DNA of 64,000 nucleotides from Methanomassiliicoccales archaeon (GCA_035527755.1 DATKZX010000008.1:75186-139185); one strand, 5' to 3'; counted from the first letter of the stretch, positions 30,842 to 41,434 are shown. Notes: a model not told the origin generated them from the sequence alone. A program made the numbers and translations.

Positions 30842-31711
30842 CTAAATGTCACCGAACTCGATGTTTTCATCGGTGAACCTTCTCCGCAAGCTGTCCAGGT
30901 AATCGGTGACGATCTGATCGCGTCTGGCGATATCCCTTATCCAGATCTTGATCTCGACCAGAACCTTCTCTCCCTGAATATCCTTAATTATGATACTGGG
31001 GGCGAAGGTGGACATATCGATCCTCTTCTCCAGATATCTTCGGACGCTGTTGAGCTCGAATATCTTGGATACCTTCTTCTGCTCCTCCTCCCCCACGTGC
31101 GGAAGTATGTAGAGATTGTTGTAGGCCACGTCCAATACGATGACCTTGATGTGGTCAAAATTATGCAGAGAACGTAACCATACCGGAATGCGTATGGCCA
31201 CGAAGCCGGCACGGGAATAGTTGATCACCTTGTTGGTGACCATAAAGGAGTTGGGAACGTACAGCAACCTGCCGTCCAAGTCCTTGAGGACCGTGTTCGT
31301 AAGGTTTATGTCCTTTACCCTGGCCATCCCGGTCAAGGGCAGGCCGGACACTTCCACCCACTCATCGACCCTGATCGGGCGAATGACCGAAAGAAGCAAT
31401 CCGGCGAACGCGTTCATGAGTATCTGCTGGGAGGCCAGAGCGACCCCCAGACCTAATATGCCTAACGATGCTAGTAATGCGGCCAGGTCCAGTCCCAGTA
31501 TCTCCCAGAATCCCAGGTAGACACCTGTAGTCAGAACCGCATACTGATAAATCCTGGCGATGGCCTTGGAATGATTATGTGCCAGATGCTCGTCCAATAG
31601 TCGCCTCACCAATATGTTGGTCCCCTTCGCTATCAGGATCGTGACCAGCGCTATGAGGACGAATGCGATGAGATCGGTGACGGACACCCCAAAGATAATG
31701 ACCTCTTCCAT
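30842..31711 (-). CDS. small-conductance mechanosensitive channel (MscS family), copy 1
   Basis: Three transmembrane helices plus the MscS beta-domain (IRPIRVDEWVEV...VKDINLTNTVLKDLDGRLLYVPNS). Colinear with the next gene. TAG stop. Confidence 0.82.
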   Translation of the reverse strand: MEEVIIFGVSVTDLIAFVLIALVTILIAKGTNILVRRLLDEHLAHNHSKAIARIYQYAVLTTGVYLGFWEILGLDLAALLASLGILGLGVALASQQILMNAFAGLLLSVIRPIRVDEWVEVSGLPLTGMARVKDINLTNTVLKDLDGRLLYVPNSFMVTNKVINYSRAGFVAIRIPVWLRSLHNFDHIKVIVLDVAYNNLYILPHVGEEEQKKVSKIFELNSVRRYLEKRIDMSTFAPSIIIKDIQGEKVLVEIKIWIRDIARRDQIVTDYLDSLRRRFTDENIEFGDI

Positions 31712-31750
31712 CCTGGTTATGTAAGAGCGTCCGATTTAAGTTCCTTGCGT

Positions 31751-32614
31751 TCAATTAGGTTTTAGACCCGCCTTATCCAATCGGTCAAGGACCTCGTTCA
31801 GTATCTCCGAGATGATATTCTCTCGCAGCTGGATCTCTCTTATCCATATCCTGATGCTTAGCATCGTCCTGAGCGTCGTGACCTCGCTCACGAACACCTG
31901 TGGAATGAACTGGTCCATGTCGATCCTGTTGCCTAGGAGTTGCTTCAATTTTAGGATTCCCAAAGCGGTCTGTAAGGCGGAACGTTCCTCCCCCTGAACG
32001 TTCGGAAGGACCTTTTCGTGATCTTCCAGCACCTGCAAGATAAGTTCCATCACCAGTTTTCGATCGGCATCGATCGGAAGCGGAAACGGAATGTCGATCC
32101 TGACGAATCCGGATTGGGTGTAGTTGATCACCCGCGAGGAGATCAGAATTGAGTTGGGCACGATGGTGATACGACCGCCTGGGTCTCTGAGCGTGGTCTT
32201 GGTCAAGGATATGTCCACTACCCTTGCCGCCCTATTGCTAGCTACATCAGTGATCTCGATCCAATCTTCCATCTGTATACGGCGTTGGACCGCAACCATT
32301 ATTCCTGCCACGAAGTTCTGAATTATCTGCTGGGACGAGAACGCGATGGCGATACCGAGGAGGCCCATCGAGGCCGCGAGGGCGGCGGTGTCAAGTCGAA
32401 GGCCGTAAAACACTCCGTATCCAACGCCCAGAAACAAAATGACATATTGGGCCAGATTGGCGAATATTTTAGAGATTTTTTTTCCTGTTCTAAGGTCCAA
32501 ACCCCTTCTGACCAAAGCGTACGTACCTCTGGCTAGGGCCATTGTCAGGATCAGTATCCCGATGAAGAACAACACATCATAGATGTCGATGCCGAAGATC
32601 GTGGGATTGGCCAC
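31751..32614 (-). CDS. small-conductance mechanosensitive channel (MscS family), copy 2
   Basis: Same architecture (QRRIQMEDWIEI...VVDISLTKTTLRDPGGRITIVPNS). Roughly one third identity to copy 1 by eye. Confidence 0.82.
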   Translation of the reverse strand: MANPTIFGIDIYDVLFFIGILILTMALARGTYALVRRGLDLRTGKKISKIFANLAQYVILFLGVGYGVFYGLRLDTAALAASMGLLGIAIAFSSQQIIQNFVAGIMVAVQRRIQMEDWIEITDVASNRAARVVDISLTKTTLRDPGGRITIVPNSILISSRVINYTQSGFVRIDIPFPLPIDADRKLVMELILQVLEDHEKVLPNVQGEERSALQTALGILKLKQLLGNRIDMDQFIPQVFVSEVTTLRTMLSIRIWIREIQLRENIISEILNEVLDRLDKAGLKPN

Positions 32615-32690
32615 GGTAACGATTATAGGATATCGATTACAAAAACAGTAAGGTCAAAAATGAGAAGATATTTGGTAAAGGATTTTGATC

Positions 32691-33002
32691 TCAGGACCTG
32701 AGCACTATCTCGATGTTGACCCCGTCAGGGACTTGGATCCTCATCAGTTGCCTCAGGGCCCTTTCATCCGCATCCAGGTCGATGAGGCGCTTGTGTATGC
32801 GCATCTCCCACCTGTCCCATGTCTCGGAGCCCTCTCCGTCTGGGCTTTTACGGCAGGGTACCTGCAACCTCTTGGTGGGCAGCGGAATCGGTCCGCGAAT
32901 AGCCACACCGGTGCGGGTGGAGATCTGCTTGATCTGCATACAGACACTGTCCACCTTCATAGGGTCGGTGCCGCTCAATGATATCCTTGCTCTCTGTGCC
33001 AT
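32691..33002 (-). CDS. rps10: 30S ribosomal protein S10 (uS10)
   Basis: 103-aa ORF ([10 protein letters not shown]..., [18 protein letters not shown]). Canonical position after EF-1alpha. Confidence 0.92.
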   Translation of the reverse strand: MAQRARISLSGTDPMKVDSVCMQIKQISTRTGVAIRGPIPLPTKRLQVPCRKSPDGEGSETWDRWEMRIHKRLIDLDADERALRQLMRIQVPDGVNIEIVLRS

Positions 33003-33038
33003 AGGTTAATCCCCAAAATGGAAAGGGTGGAAAAGGGT

Positions 33039-34316
33039 TTACATCTCCTTCTTTTCAACATCGATGCACATACCAGCGGCCACTGTCTGACCCATATCGC
33101 GGATGGCGAACCTGCCCAGCTGTGGGAAGTCCTTCGCCTTCTCGACGACAAATGGCTTGGTAGGCATGACCTTGACGATCGCGACATCACCGGTCTTAAG
33201 GAAGGTGGGGTTCTCCTCTTTGACCTGTCCGGTCTTGGGGTCCATCTTCTTCATCAGTTCGATGAAAGTGCAGGCGACCTGTGCGGTGTGGCAGTGGAAG
33301 ACCGGGGTGTAACCGACCGGGATTGCGGTTGGGTGGTTCAGGACCACGATCTGAGCCACAAATGTCTTGGCCACGGTGGGCGGGTTGTCGATCGGGCCGG
33401 CAACATCTCCCCTCTTAACATCGTTCTTGGCTATGCCCCTAACGTTAAAGCCGACGTTGTCGCCGGGCTTGGCAAAGGGCATAATCTCGTGATGCATCTC
33501 AATGCTCTTGACCTCTCCAACCTTGTTGGATGGCATGAAGATGATCTTCATTTCTGGCTTAAGAATTCCAGTTTCGACACGGCCGACAGGGACGGTCCCG
33601 ATGCCGGTGATGGTGTATACATCCTGGATAGGCAGGCGCAGGGCCAGACCCTCTGTGGAGGCCGGTAGCTTCAGCTTGTTGAGGGCTTCAAGCAAGGTGT
33701 CTCCCTTGAACCAGGGCATGTTATCGGACCTCTTAGCGCAGTTGTCGCCCTTGTAAGCGCTTATGGGTATTACGGGGATGTCGTCCAGTTTAAAACCAAC
33801 GGACTTCAATAGTGTGCTGATCTCCGCTTTAGCCTTGTTAAATGCGGCCTCGTCGAAGGCGGGCTTGACGGCATCCATCTTGTTGATGGCTATGATGATC
33901 TGCTTTACACCCAAGGTCTTGGCAAGGAAAATGTGCTCCTTGGTCTGGGCCTGGGGCCCCTCGATACCGGAGCAGACAACGACGGCGGCGTCGGCCTGGC
34001 TGGTACCAGTGATCATGTTCTTGACGAAGTCCCTGTGACCGGGAGCGTCGATGACGGTGAAATAGTACTTGTCAGTATCGAAACGCTTGTGAGACACATC
34101 GATGGTCACACCGCGTTCCCTTTCTTCCTTCAAGTTGTCCATGACCCAGGCGAACTCAAAGGTCGCCTTTCCCTTCTCGTCAGCCTGCTTTTTGAACTTT
34201 TCGATGACGTAGGGGTCGATAGCACCGGTGTCTAACAGCATTCTACCGACGGTGGTAGACTTCCCGTGATCTACGTGACCTATGAACACCAAATTCATGT
34301 GAGGTTTGTCAGCCAT
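33039..34316 (-). CDS. tuf: translation elongation factor 1-alpha (aEF-1alpha)
   Basis: [21 protein letters not shown]. 425 aa. Confidence 0.95.
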   Translation of the reverse strand: MADKPHMNLVFIGHVDHGKSTTVGRMLLDTGAIDPYVIEKFKKQADEKGKATFEFAWVMDNLKEERERGVTIDVSHKRFDTDKYYFTVIDAPGHRDFVKNMITGTSQADAAVVVCSGIEGPQAQTKEHIFLAKTLGVKQIIIAINKMDAVKPAFDEAAFNKAKAEISTLLKSVGFKLDDIPVIPISAYKGDNCAKRSDNMPWFKGDTLLEALNKLKLPASTEGLALRLPIQDVYTITGIGTVPVGRVETGILKPEMKIIFMPSNKVGEVKSIEMHHEIMPFAKPGDNVGFNVRGIAKNDVKRGDVAGPIDNPPTVAKTFVAQIVVLNHPTAIPVGYTPVFHCHTAQVACTFIELMKKMDPKTGQVKEENPTFLKTGDVAIVKVMPTKPFVVEKAKDFPQLGRFAIRDMGQTVAAGMCIDVEKKEM

Positions 34317-34399
34317 TTGTTTCCCTCCATTTTTTTTCTATATATATATGAGTTGGTTGCCTCTCGATATTATTCATTCTATATAACGGTTTTTCAAGC

Positions 34400-36604
34400 T
34401 CAGCCGGAATAGTAGCCTGCGTCGTAGGGCTGTGGGTGCAGTCCCTTTCTCTTTCGTATGTCGCCTACTACTTTTTCCTGCAGCTCTCCAGGGAGATTTA
34501 CGAACCCTGAGTTCTCAGTAGACCACAAGGCCTTTCCCTGAGTGGCTCCACGGATGGCGCTAGCGAACCCGAACATTTCCGCAACAGGTGCCTTGGCCGT
34601 TATGATGGTGGCGTCATGTTCCTGACGGATGTCTTCGATGATCGACCGGCGTCCCTGCAGTTCGCGGGTCACATCGCCCATCATGTCTTGTGGGCAGTTG
34701 ATGAAGACCTTCGTCATGGGCTCCAGCAGGACCCTTCCGGCCTGGCACATGGCGCCATAGATGCCGGATCGAGTGGCTGGGATGACCTGCCCAGGACCGC
34801 GATGGATGGAATCCTCATGCAGTTTAGCATCTACCAACATGATCTTCATGCCGGTGACCCTCTCGCCAGCCAATGGACCGAGGTTCATGGCCTCTTCGAA
34901 GGCCTGCTTGCACAATTCCATCGTCTCATGGAGATTCTGGATACCCTTGGTCGTGTCGATCAGAACATTGTTGTTCTTGAAGCACACGACGCCCTTTGCT
35001 TGGTCCTTGTCCAAACCTAGGTCTGAAAGCTGTTTCGCCAGGGCCTTCGGGTCCTTTATCTTGCCTTCGGTCTTGATATCGCCGGCCTTGATGGCCTCGA
35101 TGACCGCTTCCTCTAAAGGTTCGACGACCATGTAGAACTTGTTGTGCTTATTGGGGGACTTGCCCTCGAACGGGCCCCCCCGTCCTTTCACATGCTCGCG
35201 GTAGACCACAATTGGAGCAGAGGCTTTGATCTCCACTTTGTAGTCGTTCACTATGCGATAGTTTGTGATCTCAAGGTGGAGCTCGCCCATGCCGGACAGC
35301 AGATTCTCTCCGGTCTCCTGGTTAATCTGTATCTGAATGGACGGGTCTGCCTTCCCAACGGTCCTCAGTACATCGACCAGCTTAGGCAGGTCCTTCATAT
35401 GCTTAGCCTCTATGGCCACGGTGACCACAGGTTCGGTGTAGTGGGATATCTTCTCGAAAGGCTCCATATCCTTGTCGGAACTGCAGGTGGCGCCAGAGAT
35501 GGCGTCCTTCAGTCCGGACAAAGCGACGATGTTCCCAGCCTCCACTTCTTCCACGGCGATACGGTCTGCACCGACGCTCATGGCCACGGTCTGCACCCGG
35601 TTAGGGTTCGGCATTCCTAGAATGAACATCTCCTGTCCGCGCACGACCTTGCCGGAGAACAACCTTCCCATGGCAACTTCGCCTGCGTGGGGGTCCATGA
35701 CTATCTTGGTGCACATGAACGTGGTGGGACCTTGACGGTCACAGGTCATCATGGCCTTACCCACCACGGAGTCAAGATCTCCCTTCCAAATGGTTGGGAT
35801 ACGGATCTTCTGGGCTTCAAACGGGTCGGGCACATGGGTGATGACCATGTCCAAGAGCACTTCATGAACCGGGGACTTCTTGGCCAGTGTCTTCTGGTCC
35901 TCGTTCTTGCAGAAGTTGTAGACGTCTTTAAAGGAGATGCCGCTCTTCTTCATGTAAGGAACGGAGATGGCCCAGTTGTTGTATGCGGAGCCGAAGGCGA
36001 CGCTGCCGTCCTCGACCTTTACCTGCCATTTCTTCCTAAGGTCCTCTGGCAAATTGGCCATGATCCTCTTGTTGACCTCGGTGATGATCTGAACAAAGCG
36101 CTGCTGCATCTCCTGCTCGGTGACCTTCAGTTCGTTGACCAAACGGTCCACCTTATTGATGAATAGAACCGGCCTGACCCTTTCTTTGAGGGCCTGGCGT
36201 ATGACGGTCTCGGTCTGAGGCATGATGCCCTCGACCGCACAAACGAGAATGATACAACCATCCAAGGCCCTCATGGCCCTGGTGACATCTCCTCCGAAGT
36301 CTACGTGACCAGGGGTATCTATCAGATTGATCAGGTAATCCTTACCATCGCCGTGCCAGGTGTGAACCATCGAGGCGTTGGCCGCATTGATGGTGATGCC
36401 ACGGGCCTGTTCCTGCTCGTCGAAGTCCAGCATCAATTGTTTGCCAGCGAGGTTCTCCGACATCATACCCGCCCCGGCGATCAGATTGTCGCTCAGGGTG
36501 GTCTTCCCGTGGTCGATGTGCGCGGCGGTGCCTATGTTCCTGATGAATTTTGGCGTCAGCATGATCTGCTGAGCCCTCTTGATATTGTCCTCTTTTCTGC
36601 CCAT
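34400..36604 (-). CDS. fusA: translation elongation factor 2 (aEF-2)
   Basis: AHIDHGKTT, DTPGHVDF, NKVD. Diphthamide-region HEDSIHRGPGQ. 734 aa. Confidence 0.95.
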   Translation of the reverse strand: MGRKEDNIKRAQQIMLTPKFIRNIGTAAHIDHGKTTLSDNLIAGAGMMSENLAGKQLMLDFDEQEQARGITINAANASMVHTWHGDGKDYLINLIDTPGHVDFGGDVTRAMRALDGCIILVCAVEGIMPQTETVIRQALKERVRPVLFINKVDRLVNELKVTEQEMQQRFVQIITEVNKRIMANLPEDLRKKWQVKVEDGSVAFGSAYNNWAISVPYMKKSGISFKDVYNFCKNEDQKTLAKKSPVHEVLLDMVITHVPDPFEAQKIRIPTIWKGDLDSVVGKAMMTCDRQGPTTFMCTKIVMDPHAGEVAMGRLFSGKVVRGQEMFILGMPNPNRVQTVAMSVGADRIAVEEVEAGNIVALSGLKDAISGATCSSDKDMEPFEKISHYTEPVVTVAIEAKHMKDLPKLVDVLRTVGKADPSIQIQINQETGENLLSGMGELHLEITNYRIVNDYKVEIKASAPIVVYREHVKGRGGPFEGKSPNKHNKFYMVVEPLEEAVIEAIKAGDIKTEGKIKDPKALAKQLSDLGLDKDQAKGVVCFKNNNVLIDTTKGIQNLHETMELCKQAFEEAMNLGPLAGERVTGMKIMLVDAKLHEDSIHRGPGQVIPATRSGIYGAMCQAGRVLLEPMTKVFINCPQDMMGDVTRELQGRRSIIEDIRQEHDATIITAKAPVAEMFGFASAIRGATQGKALWSTENSGFVNLPGELQEKVVGDIRKRKGLHPQPYDAGYYSG

Positions 36605-36620
36605 GATACCAACCTCAATA

Positions 36621-37217
36621 TCAACGTGCCGAAGAGGCTACCCTTTCGATCTCTTCCTTCTTGGCCACGGAAAAGCTGTTCATGTCTCCCTTGGAGGCTA
36701 AGATAAGCTCATCGGCCAAGCAAAGTTCGATAGGCTTGGTATTCTTGAACGAGGAGTTCACCGATCCCTTAGAAATGTTACGGAGGGCTATGTCCAGCCG
36801 GCGCGACGGACCTACATCCACCGCTTTAGGGACTGAAATACCACCGAACTGCAGGCGAGTGATCTCCTCCCTCGGGGCTGCATTCTCCAGAGCATCGACC
36901 AGAACCTGTATGGGGTTCTTCTTGGTGCGTTCCTCTATGATCGCGAAGGCCTTCCTAGTAACGTTGTATGCCTTCATCTTCTTACCAGTGAAGACCTCGG
37001 TCCTCATCATGTTGTTGATCAGGCGTTCAACGATGTTGACCTTGGATTTGCCGAACCACTTGTTGGCGTGACGAGCGGAGGTATGTGGTACGGCGGTAGG
37101 GGTCAAGTCAATGTACTTGGCCAATCCTCCATCTCTAACCGTGACCTCACTGCTGGCGTACTTGCCGAAAAGCAGGATATTATCAAACTTGAAACTGCTC
37201 TCATCCACGAGAATCAC
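36621..37217 (-). CDS. rps7: 30S ribosomal protein S7 (uS7)
   Basis: 198-aa ORF with a GTG start that overlaps the S12 stop (GTGA). Conserved [32 protein letters not shown]. Confidence 0.9.
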   Translation of the reverse strand: MILVDESSFKFDNILLFGKYASSEVTVRDGGLAKYIDLTPTAVPHTSARHANKWFGKSKVNIVERLINNMMRTEVFTGKKMKAYNVTRKAFAIIEERTKKNPIQVLVDALENAAPREEITRLQFGGISVPKAVDVGPSRRLDIALRNISKGSVNSSFKNTKPIELCLADELILASKGDMNSFSVAKKEEIERVASSAR

Positions 37218-37642
37218 CTAACTGGCTTCTCTTTTCTGCCCCTAACCAATTCGTTCAGGGAGACGTTGTTCACTTGTATGACCTTAAACCTGACGCCTGG
37301 AATGTCACCATATGAACGACCCATCCTACCTCCGATACCTTCCACAAGGACCTCGTCATGCTCATCGATGAAGTTTATGGCGCCGTCCCCAACCGCGAAA
37401 GCGGTGATCTGGCGGCCGTTCTTGATCAATTGAACCTTGACGCATTTTCTTATGGCGGAGTTTGGCTGTTTCGCTTCGATACCGACCTTTTCCAAGACGA
37501 TGCCCTTTGCCTGGGCGGCGCCCTCTAGCGGATCGGATTTTTCTTTGAGCTTCAACAGCCTTCTCTTGTAAGACCTGTCGCTCCATCGAGCCTTTTGCCG
37601 ATCATTCCTCAGCTTTCTGGCAGTGTATAATCCTCTTGCCAA
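37214..37642 (-). CDS. rps12: 30S ribosomal protein S12 (uS12)
   Basis: Conserved core begins at [13 protein letters not shown] at 37642 is preceded by GAGGTGA 5 nt upstream, giving [20 protein letters not shown]... The track N-terminus (37643-37738) has no S12 counterpart. [15 protein letters not shown] motif present. Confidence 0.88.
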   Translation of the reverse strand: MARGLYTARKLRNDRQKARWSDRSYKRRLLKLKEKSDPLEGAAQAKGIVLEKVGIEAKQPNSAIRKCVKVQLIKNGRQITAFAVGDGAINFIDEHDEVLVEGIGGRMGRSYGDIPGVRFKVIQVNNVSLNELVRGRKEKPVR

Positions 37643-37685
37643 GTATTTCACCTCAAATTCAGGAGCAGGCCCTCTATTACCGATT

Positions 37686-37697
37686 TTGTATATAAGA
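37686..37697 (-). promoter_or_regulatory. candidate TATA box for the S12 operon
   Basis: The minus strand reads TTCTTATATACAAAA about 45 nt upstream of the TTG start. Confidence 0.4.
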
Positions 37698-37769
37698 ATA
37701 TGGGATTGTAAGCAGGACTCAGAATATATGCTGGACACGAGCGGCTGGAGGCTTTCATCCTTGACCGGA

Positions 37770-38183
37770 CTAGGTGATGTAGGATTGCTTCTTGTCAGGC
37801 GGGATGGGTCTCAGGACCCTCACCAATCGGCCTTGGGAGTCGTAACCATATACCATATAATAAAACAACCACCAATTGTTGAGCTCCAACATCATCATCC
37901 TGACCTTCATGGCATCGGCCCGGGGCGCCATTACCACCAACCTCAATTTCTGCTGCAGCACTCGACGATACTCATCCATGCGTCCTTTTTCCTTCCATGA
38001 GGTGGTGGTCTCCACGAATTCTCGGCCGATGAGGTCGCCCTGGAAGAAAAGGTCGATCTGGCCTACGCCGTCTGCATCTTCGGAGAAATGAGTCGCTATA
38101 TCCGGATGCGGAAGCTCCGTCTCGATCTCCTTCATCCTTCTCTTGGCGACCTTTAGGATGATCTCGTCCACCATCAATTTCAA
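37770..38183 (-). CDS. hypothetical protein (137 aa)
   Basis: Intact ORF with protein-like composition; no family recognised. It sits where rpo/nusA genes often precede S12. TAG stop. Confidence 0.5.
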   Translation of the reverse strand: MKLMVDEIILKVAKRRMKEIETELPHPDIATHFSEDADGVGQIDLFFQGDLIGREFVETTTSWKEKGRMDEYRRVLQQKLRLVVMAPRADAMKVRMMMLELNNWWLFYYMVYGYDSQGRLVRVLRPIPPDKKQSYIT

Positions 38184-38230
38184 GGGAATGAAAGGGGGTG
38201 ATATAATTTATCACTTAACGCGCGCGCGTT

Positions 38231-38803
38231 TCAAGCATTGCCCCTGGACTCCCCACGCACCAATGCCGTGGCCACCAGATGCGCCAACCGGACCGGCTCG
38301 GGGAGGCATCCTCGAACCAAACATCTCCTGACCGCATCGTCGGCGTCATCCTCCTCGATACCCGCTGATGCAATGAACAACCTCCCTGAGGGAATTTTCA
38401 CGGGACGGACCTTTTCCTTGGAGACCATCGCCAATCTTCGTTCCCAATCTGGGAAATGTGCTTTCAGGGCGGAGGTGATGGAATTCATGTCCGGTTCGTC
38501 ACGCGCAACTGTGACCACAGGTAGGTCGAGAGCGGTGCTAAGGGCGGAGATGTCCACAACGTTAAAACCCCCAAAGGCCACCCCGTCGATCATTATCATA
38601 CGTACCTGCTCACGGAAACGGGAAGTGCTCACCATGCCGATTATTACCTCGTTCGCATCATCCCCATCTACGGCGCAGGAGGACACCAATACCCCTTCCA
38701 CGTAACCGGGAGGGCAGATCAATACACCGACCAAGGGAACGGTTCCCTGCCCTTTGATAAAAGGACCATCGTCGATGCCAAGTATGCGGGCCTGTTCTTT
38801 CAC
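38231..38803 (-). CDS. DUF99 / UPF0215 family protein (endonuclease-V-like fold family)
   Basis: ILGIDDGPF, AVDGDDA, IMIDGVAFGGFNVVD, LPVVTVARDEPD, LPEPVRLAHLVA match the family pattern. The GTG start follows the pth2 TGA directly. Confidence 0.78.
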   Translation of the reverse strand: MKEQARILGIDDGPFIKGQGTVPLVGVLICPPGYVEGVLVSSCAVDGDDANEVIIGMVSTSRFREQVRMIMIDGVAFGGFNVVDISALSTALDLPVVTVARDEPDMNSITSALKAHFPDWERRLAMVSKEKVRPVKIPSGRLFIASAGIEEDDADDAVRRCLVRGCLPEPVRLAHLVATALVRGESRGNA

Positions 38804-39184
38804 TCACATCAACCCCAGGTGTCCGGTCACCCGGTCCACCTCGGCGTTCGGTGCAGGACCTATGCCCAGGCAGGTAGTGGTGTTTGGCGGAAGTTCCGTC
38901 ATACCGGCGTCAGTGATGAGCGATGTCACCAGTCCGGCGTCCTCGGCCGCCTGTTTGATCCGGTACAGCTCGGCCAGGTCCTGAACCTTGACCACCACTT
39001 TCTTCTGCCCCTCGTTGTACCATCGTTCGAACTGTATCGTTTTTCTCTTCTTACTGCTAAGAGCACAGTTCACAGCGGCGTGAGCCACTTGTGCGGCCAT
39101 CTTTCCCGGTGAGAGCTTCAGGTCCCTGCGGACCACTATGACCATCTTGTTATCGAATTCCATCTTGCCAGCCTCACACGTCAC
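38804..39184 (-). CDS. pth: peptidyl-tRNA hydrolase, archaeal/eukaryotic Pth2 type
   Basis: MVIVVRRDLKLSPGKMAAQVAHAAV...ITDAGMTELPPNTTTCLGIGP. The start may be the internal ATG at 39163. Confidence 0.88.
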   Translation of the reverse strand: MTCEAGKMEFDNKMVIVVRRDLKLSPGKMAAQVAHAAVNCALSSKKRKTIQFERWYNEGQKKVVVKVQDLAELYRIKQAAEDAGLVTSLITDAGMTELPPNTTTCLGIGPAPNAEVDRVTGHLGLM

Positions 39185-39449
39185 CGAAAGTTAGGGGGAA
39201 TGACCGTTTCAAAGCGCGTTCCTGGTTCTGTTTGGCCATGGCGATCATTTTTTCCAGTTCCTCTGGTGTGTAATTAATGCAGATGGTCTTGCCGCAGATG
39301 GAGCATAGGAACTCCCGGCCTTCGGCGCAGTCCTGCACCTTGATCGAGATCAGTATCTCGCAATGGGGGCAACTCATGACAAAAGAGTCCACAGCATCAC
39401 CGTGCCGCCATTCGCGGACGACAATATATCCCTTTCCCGTTATAACCAC
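39174..39449 (-). CDS. small zinc-ribbon protein (hypothetical)
   Basis: 91 aa with CPHC...(21)...CSIC, followed by a helical tail. First gene of the ZnR-pth2-DUF99 string. Confidence 0.5.
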   Translation of the reverse strand: MVITGKGYIVVREWRHGDAVDSFVMSCPHCEILISIKVQDCAEGREFLCSICGKTICINYTPEELEKMIAMAKQNQERALKRSFPLTFGDV

Positions 39450-39487
39450 GTATCACATTTAATATAGGAAGATGAAATGAGACGCAT

Positions 39488-41434
39488 ATGTTAGAGATTA
39501 TTCGCAGGGACGGCCTGGCCCGCATCTGCCGTCTGCACACCAGGAGGGGGGAGCTGGAGACCCCTTGTCTTCTGCCAGTGGTCAATCCCCGCCTGACCAC
39601 CATCAAGCCCCGGGAACTTTACGATGTTTTCGGTTTCAGGGCGCTCATCACAAATTCATATATCATACGTAACGACCATCGTATCCGAGAGATCGCCCTG
39701 ACCAAAGGGTTGCACGAGCTCCTCGATTTCCCGGGGGTCATCATGACCGATTCCGGTTCCTTCCAATCTCACATGTACGGGGAGGTGGACGTGAAGAATC
39801 AGGACATCGTAGAGTTCCAACGGGACATTGGGGCGGATATCGGAACGGTCCTGGACATTTTCACCGAGCCGGAATGGAGCAAAGAAAGGACCGCCGAATC
39901 AATAGAGGTCACCTTGGGTCGAACGGAAGAGGCCGCGGCTCTCAAGGGCGAAATGCTATTGGCCGGTGTGGTGCAGGGCTCCATCTACCCCGATCTCAGA
40001 CAGATGTGCGCCCACCGTATGTCCGAGATGGCTGTGGACGTTAACCCGATCGGTGGCGTCGTGCCTCTTATGGAGACCTATCGCTTCGCCGAGCTGGTTG
40101 ACGTTATCGTCGCTTCAAAGAAAGGATTGAGGGCCGATAGGCCAGTTCACCTTTTCGGAGCAGGGCACCCCATGCTCTTCTCGTTGGCCGTCCTATTGGG
40201 CTGTGACATGTTCGATTCCGCCTCTTACGCCAAGTTCGCCCGGGACGATCGGTTCATGTTCCTGGAAGGAACCTTCCGGCTAAGGGACATGAAGGCCTTG
40301 GAATGCAATTGCCCCGCCTGCGTGGGACATGATGTGGAGGAGATCCGCAAGATGCCCGACGACGAGAGGACACAGCTCATCGCCCGCCACAACCTGTGGG
40401 TATCCAAGATGGAACTGGAAAGAGTGAAACGGGCCATATTGGAAGGGGACCTATGGGAGCTGGTGGAAAGACGATGCCGCTCGCACCCGGCCTTGCTGGA
40501 CGCATTGAGGTCGTTGGGCAAACATCAGGAGTTCCTGGAGAGGTACGAGCCATTAAGCCGCGAGCATGCCCTCTTCTACACCGGTTCGGAAACATTGAAC
40601 CGCCCGGCCTTTCTCAGGTATCAGAAGCGGCTGAAAGAACGCTACGTTCATCCAAATACAGAAGTGGGGATCATCTTCGAAGAGCCGGAGAAGCCCTATT
40701 CTAGGACGATGCGATCGGTGATGGACTCCATTCTGGAGACCAATGACGCCCATTTCCAGGTCACCAGTCCTTTCGGACCGGTCCCAATAGAACTTGACGA
40801 GATATACCCGATCTCCCAATCGCTGTTCCCCAAAGAGAAGGACCAACAGACCAGGGAGCGAACCGACCGCCTGATGGAGGACCTGGCTCACCAACACACT
40901 CACAAACTGGGGGCCATCTGGGACGGGGAGGAGACCTTGGAGGTCCTAAAGATGTTCTCTCAAGGCAAGGGCGGTTTCAATATCGACATGGCCCGAGTGA
41001 AAGCTGTGGCCGAATATCAGTTCGGGAAGGGATCGGCGGAGGCATTGCTCAACGGACAGGTGTCGTTGGTCAAATCCAAGAACGTGGACCGCATCCGCAA
41101 CGTGCTGGTTGACGGAGAGCATGTGGTATCGATGAGGGCCGAGGACGGTTTCTTAACCCTTCGGCCGGCCGGAGCTAAAAGATTGCTCGCAGGGATTCCA
41201 GCCCCGCGCATGCGCGTGACAGTGATGGACGATTCGGTGGAGTTCAACCGTCAAGGCAAGAACGTGTTCTGCGGTTTCGTGATCGATGCCGACCCGGAGA
41301 TACGCCTGCACGACGAGGTCATGGTGGTGGACCAAAAAGATACCCTGATAGCAATCGGCCGAGCCCAGCTCACCCGCGAGGAGATGTTGGACTTCAGCAA
41401 AGGTATCGCGGTCAAGGTCCGGGAAGGGGCCTAA
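39488..41434 (+). CDS. tgtA: archaeosine tRNA-guanine transglycosylase (ArcTGT) with C-terminal PUA domain
   Basis: 648-aa ORF: LEIIRRDGLARI..., TDSGSFQ catalytic region, Zn site CNCPAC..H, and a C-terminal PUA-like segment (VMVVDQKDTLIAIGRAQL). Confidence 0.9.
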   Translation: MLEIIRRDGLARICRLHTRRGELETPCLLPVVNPRLTTIKPRELYDVFGFRALITNSYIIRNDHRIREIALTKGLHELLDFPGVIMTDSGSFQSHMYGEVDVKNQDIVEFQRDIGADIGTVLDIFTEPEWSKERTAESIEVTLGRTEEAAALKGEMLLAGVVQGSIYPDLRQMCAHRMSEMAVDVNPIGGVVPLMETYRFAELVDVIVASKKGLRADRPVHLFGAGHPMLFSLAVLLGCDMFDSASYAKFARDDRFMFLEGTFRLRDMKALECNCPACVGHDVEEIRKMPDDERTQLIARHNLWVSKMELERVKRAILEGDLWELVERRCRSHPALLDALRSLGKHQEFLERYEPLSREHALFYTGSETLNRPAFLRYQKRLKERYVHPNTEVGIIFEEPEKPYSRTMRSVMDSILETNDAHFQVTSPFGPVPIELDEIYPISQSLFPKEKDQQTRERTDRLMEDLAHQHTHKLGAIWDGEETLEVLKMFSQGKGGFNIDMARVKAVAEYQFGKGSAEALLNGQVSLVKSKNVDRIRNVLVDGEHVVSMRAEDGFLTLRPAGAKRLLAGIPAPRMRVTVMDDSVEFNRQGKNVFCGFVIDADPEIRLHDEVMVVDQKDTLIAIGRAQLTREEMLDFSKGIAVKVREGA

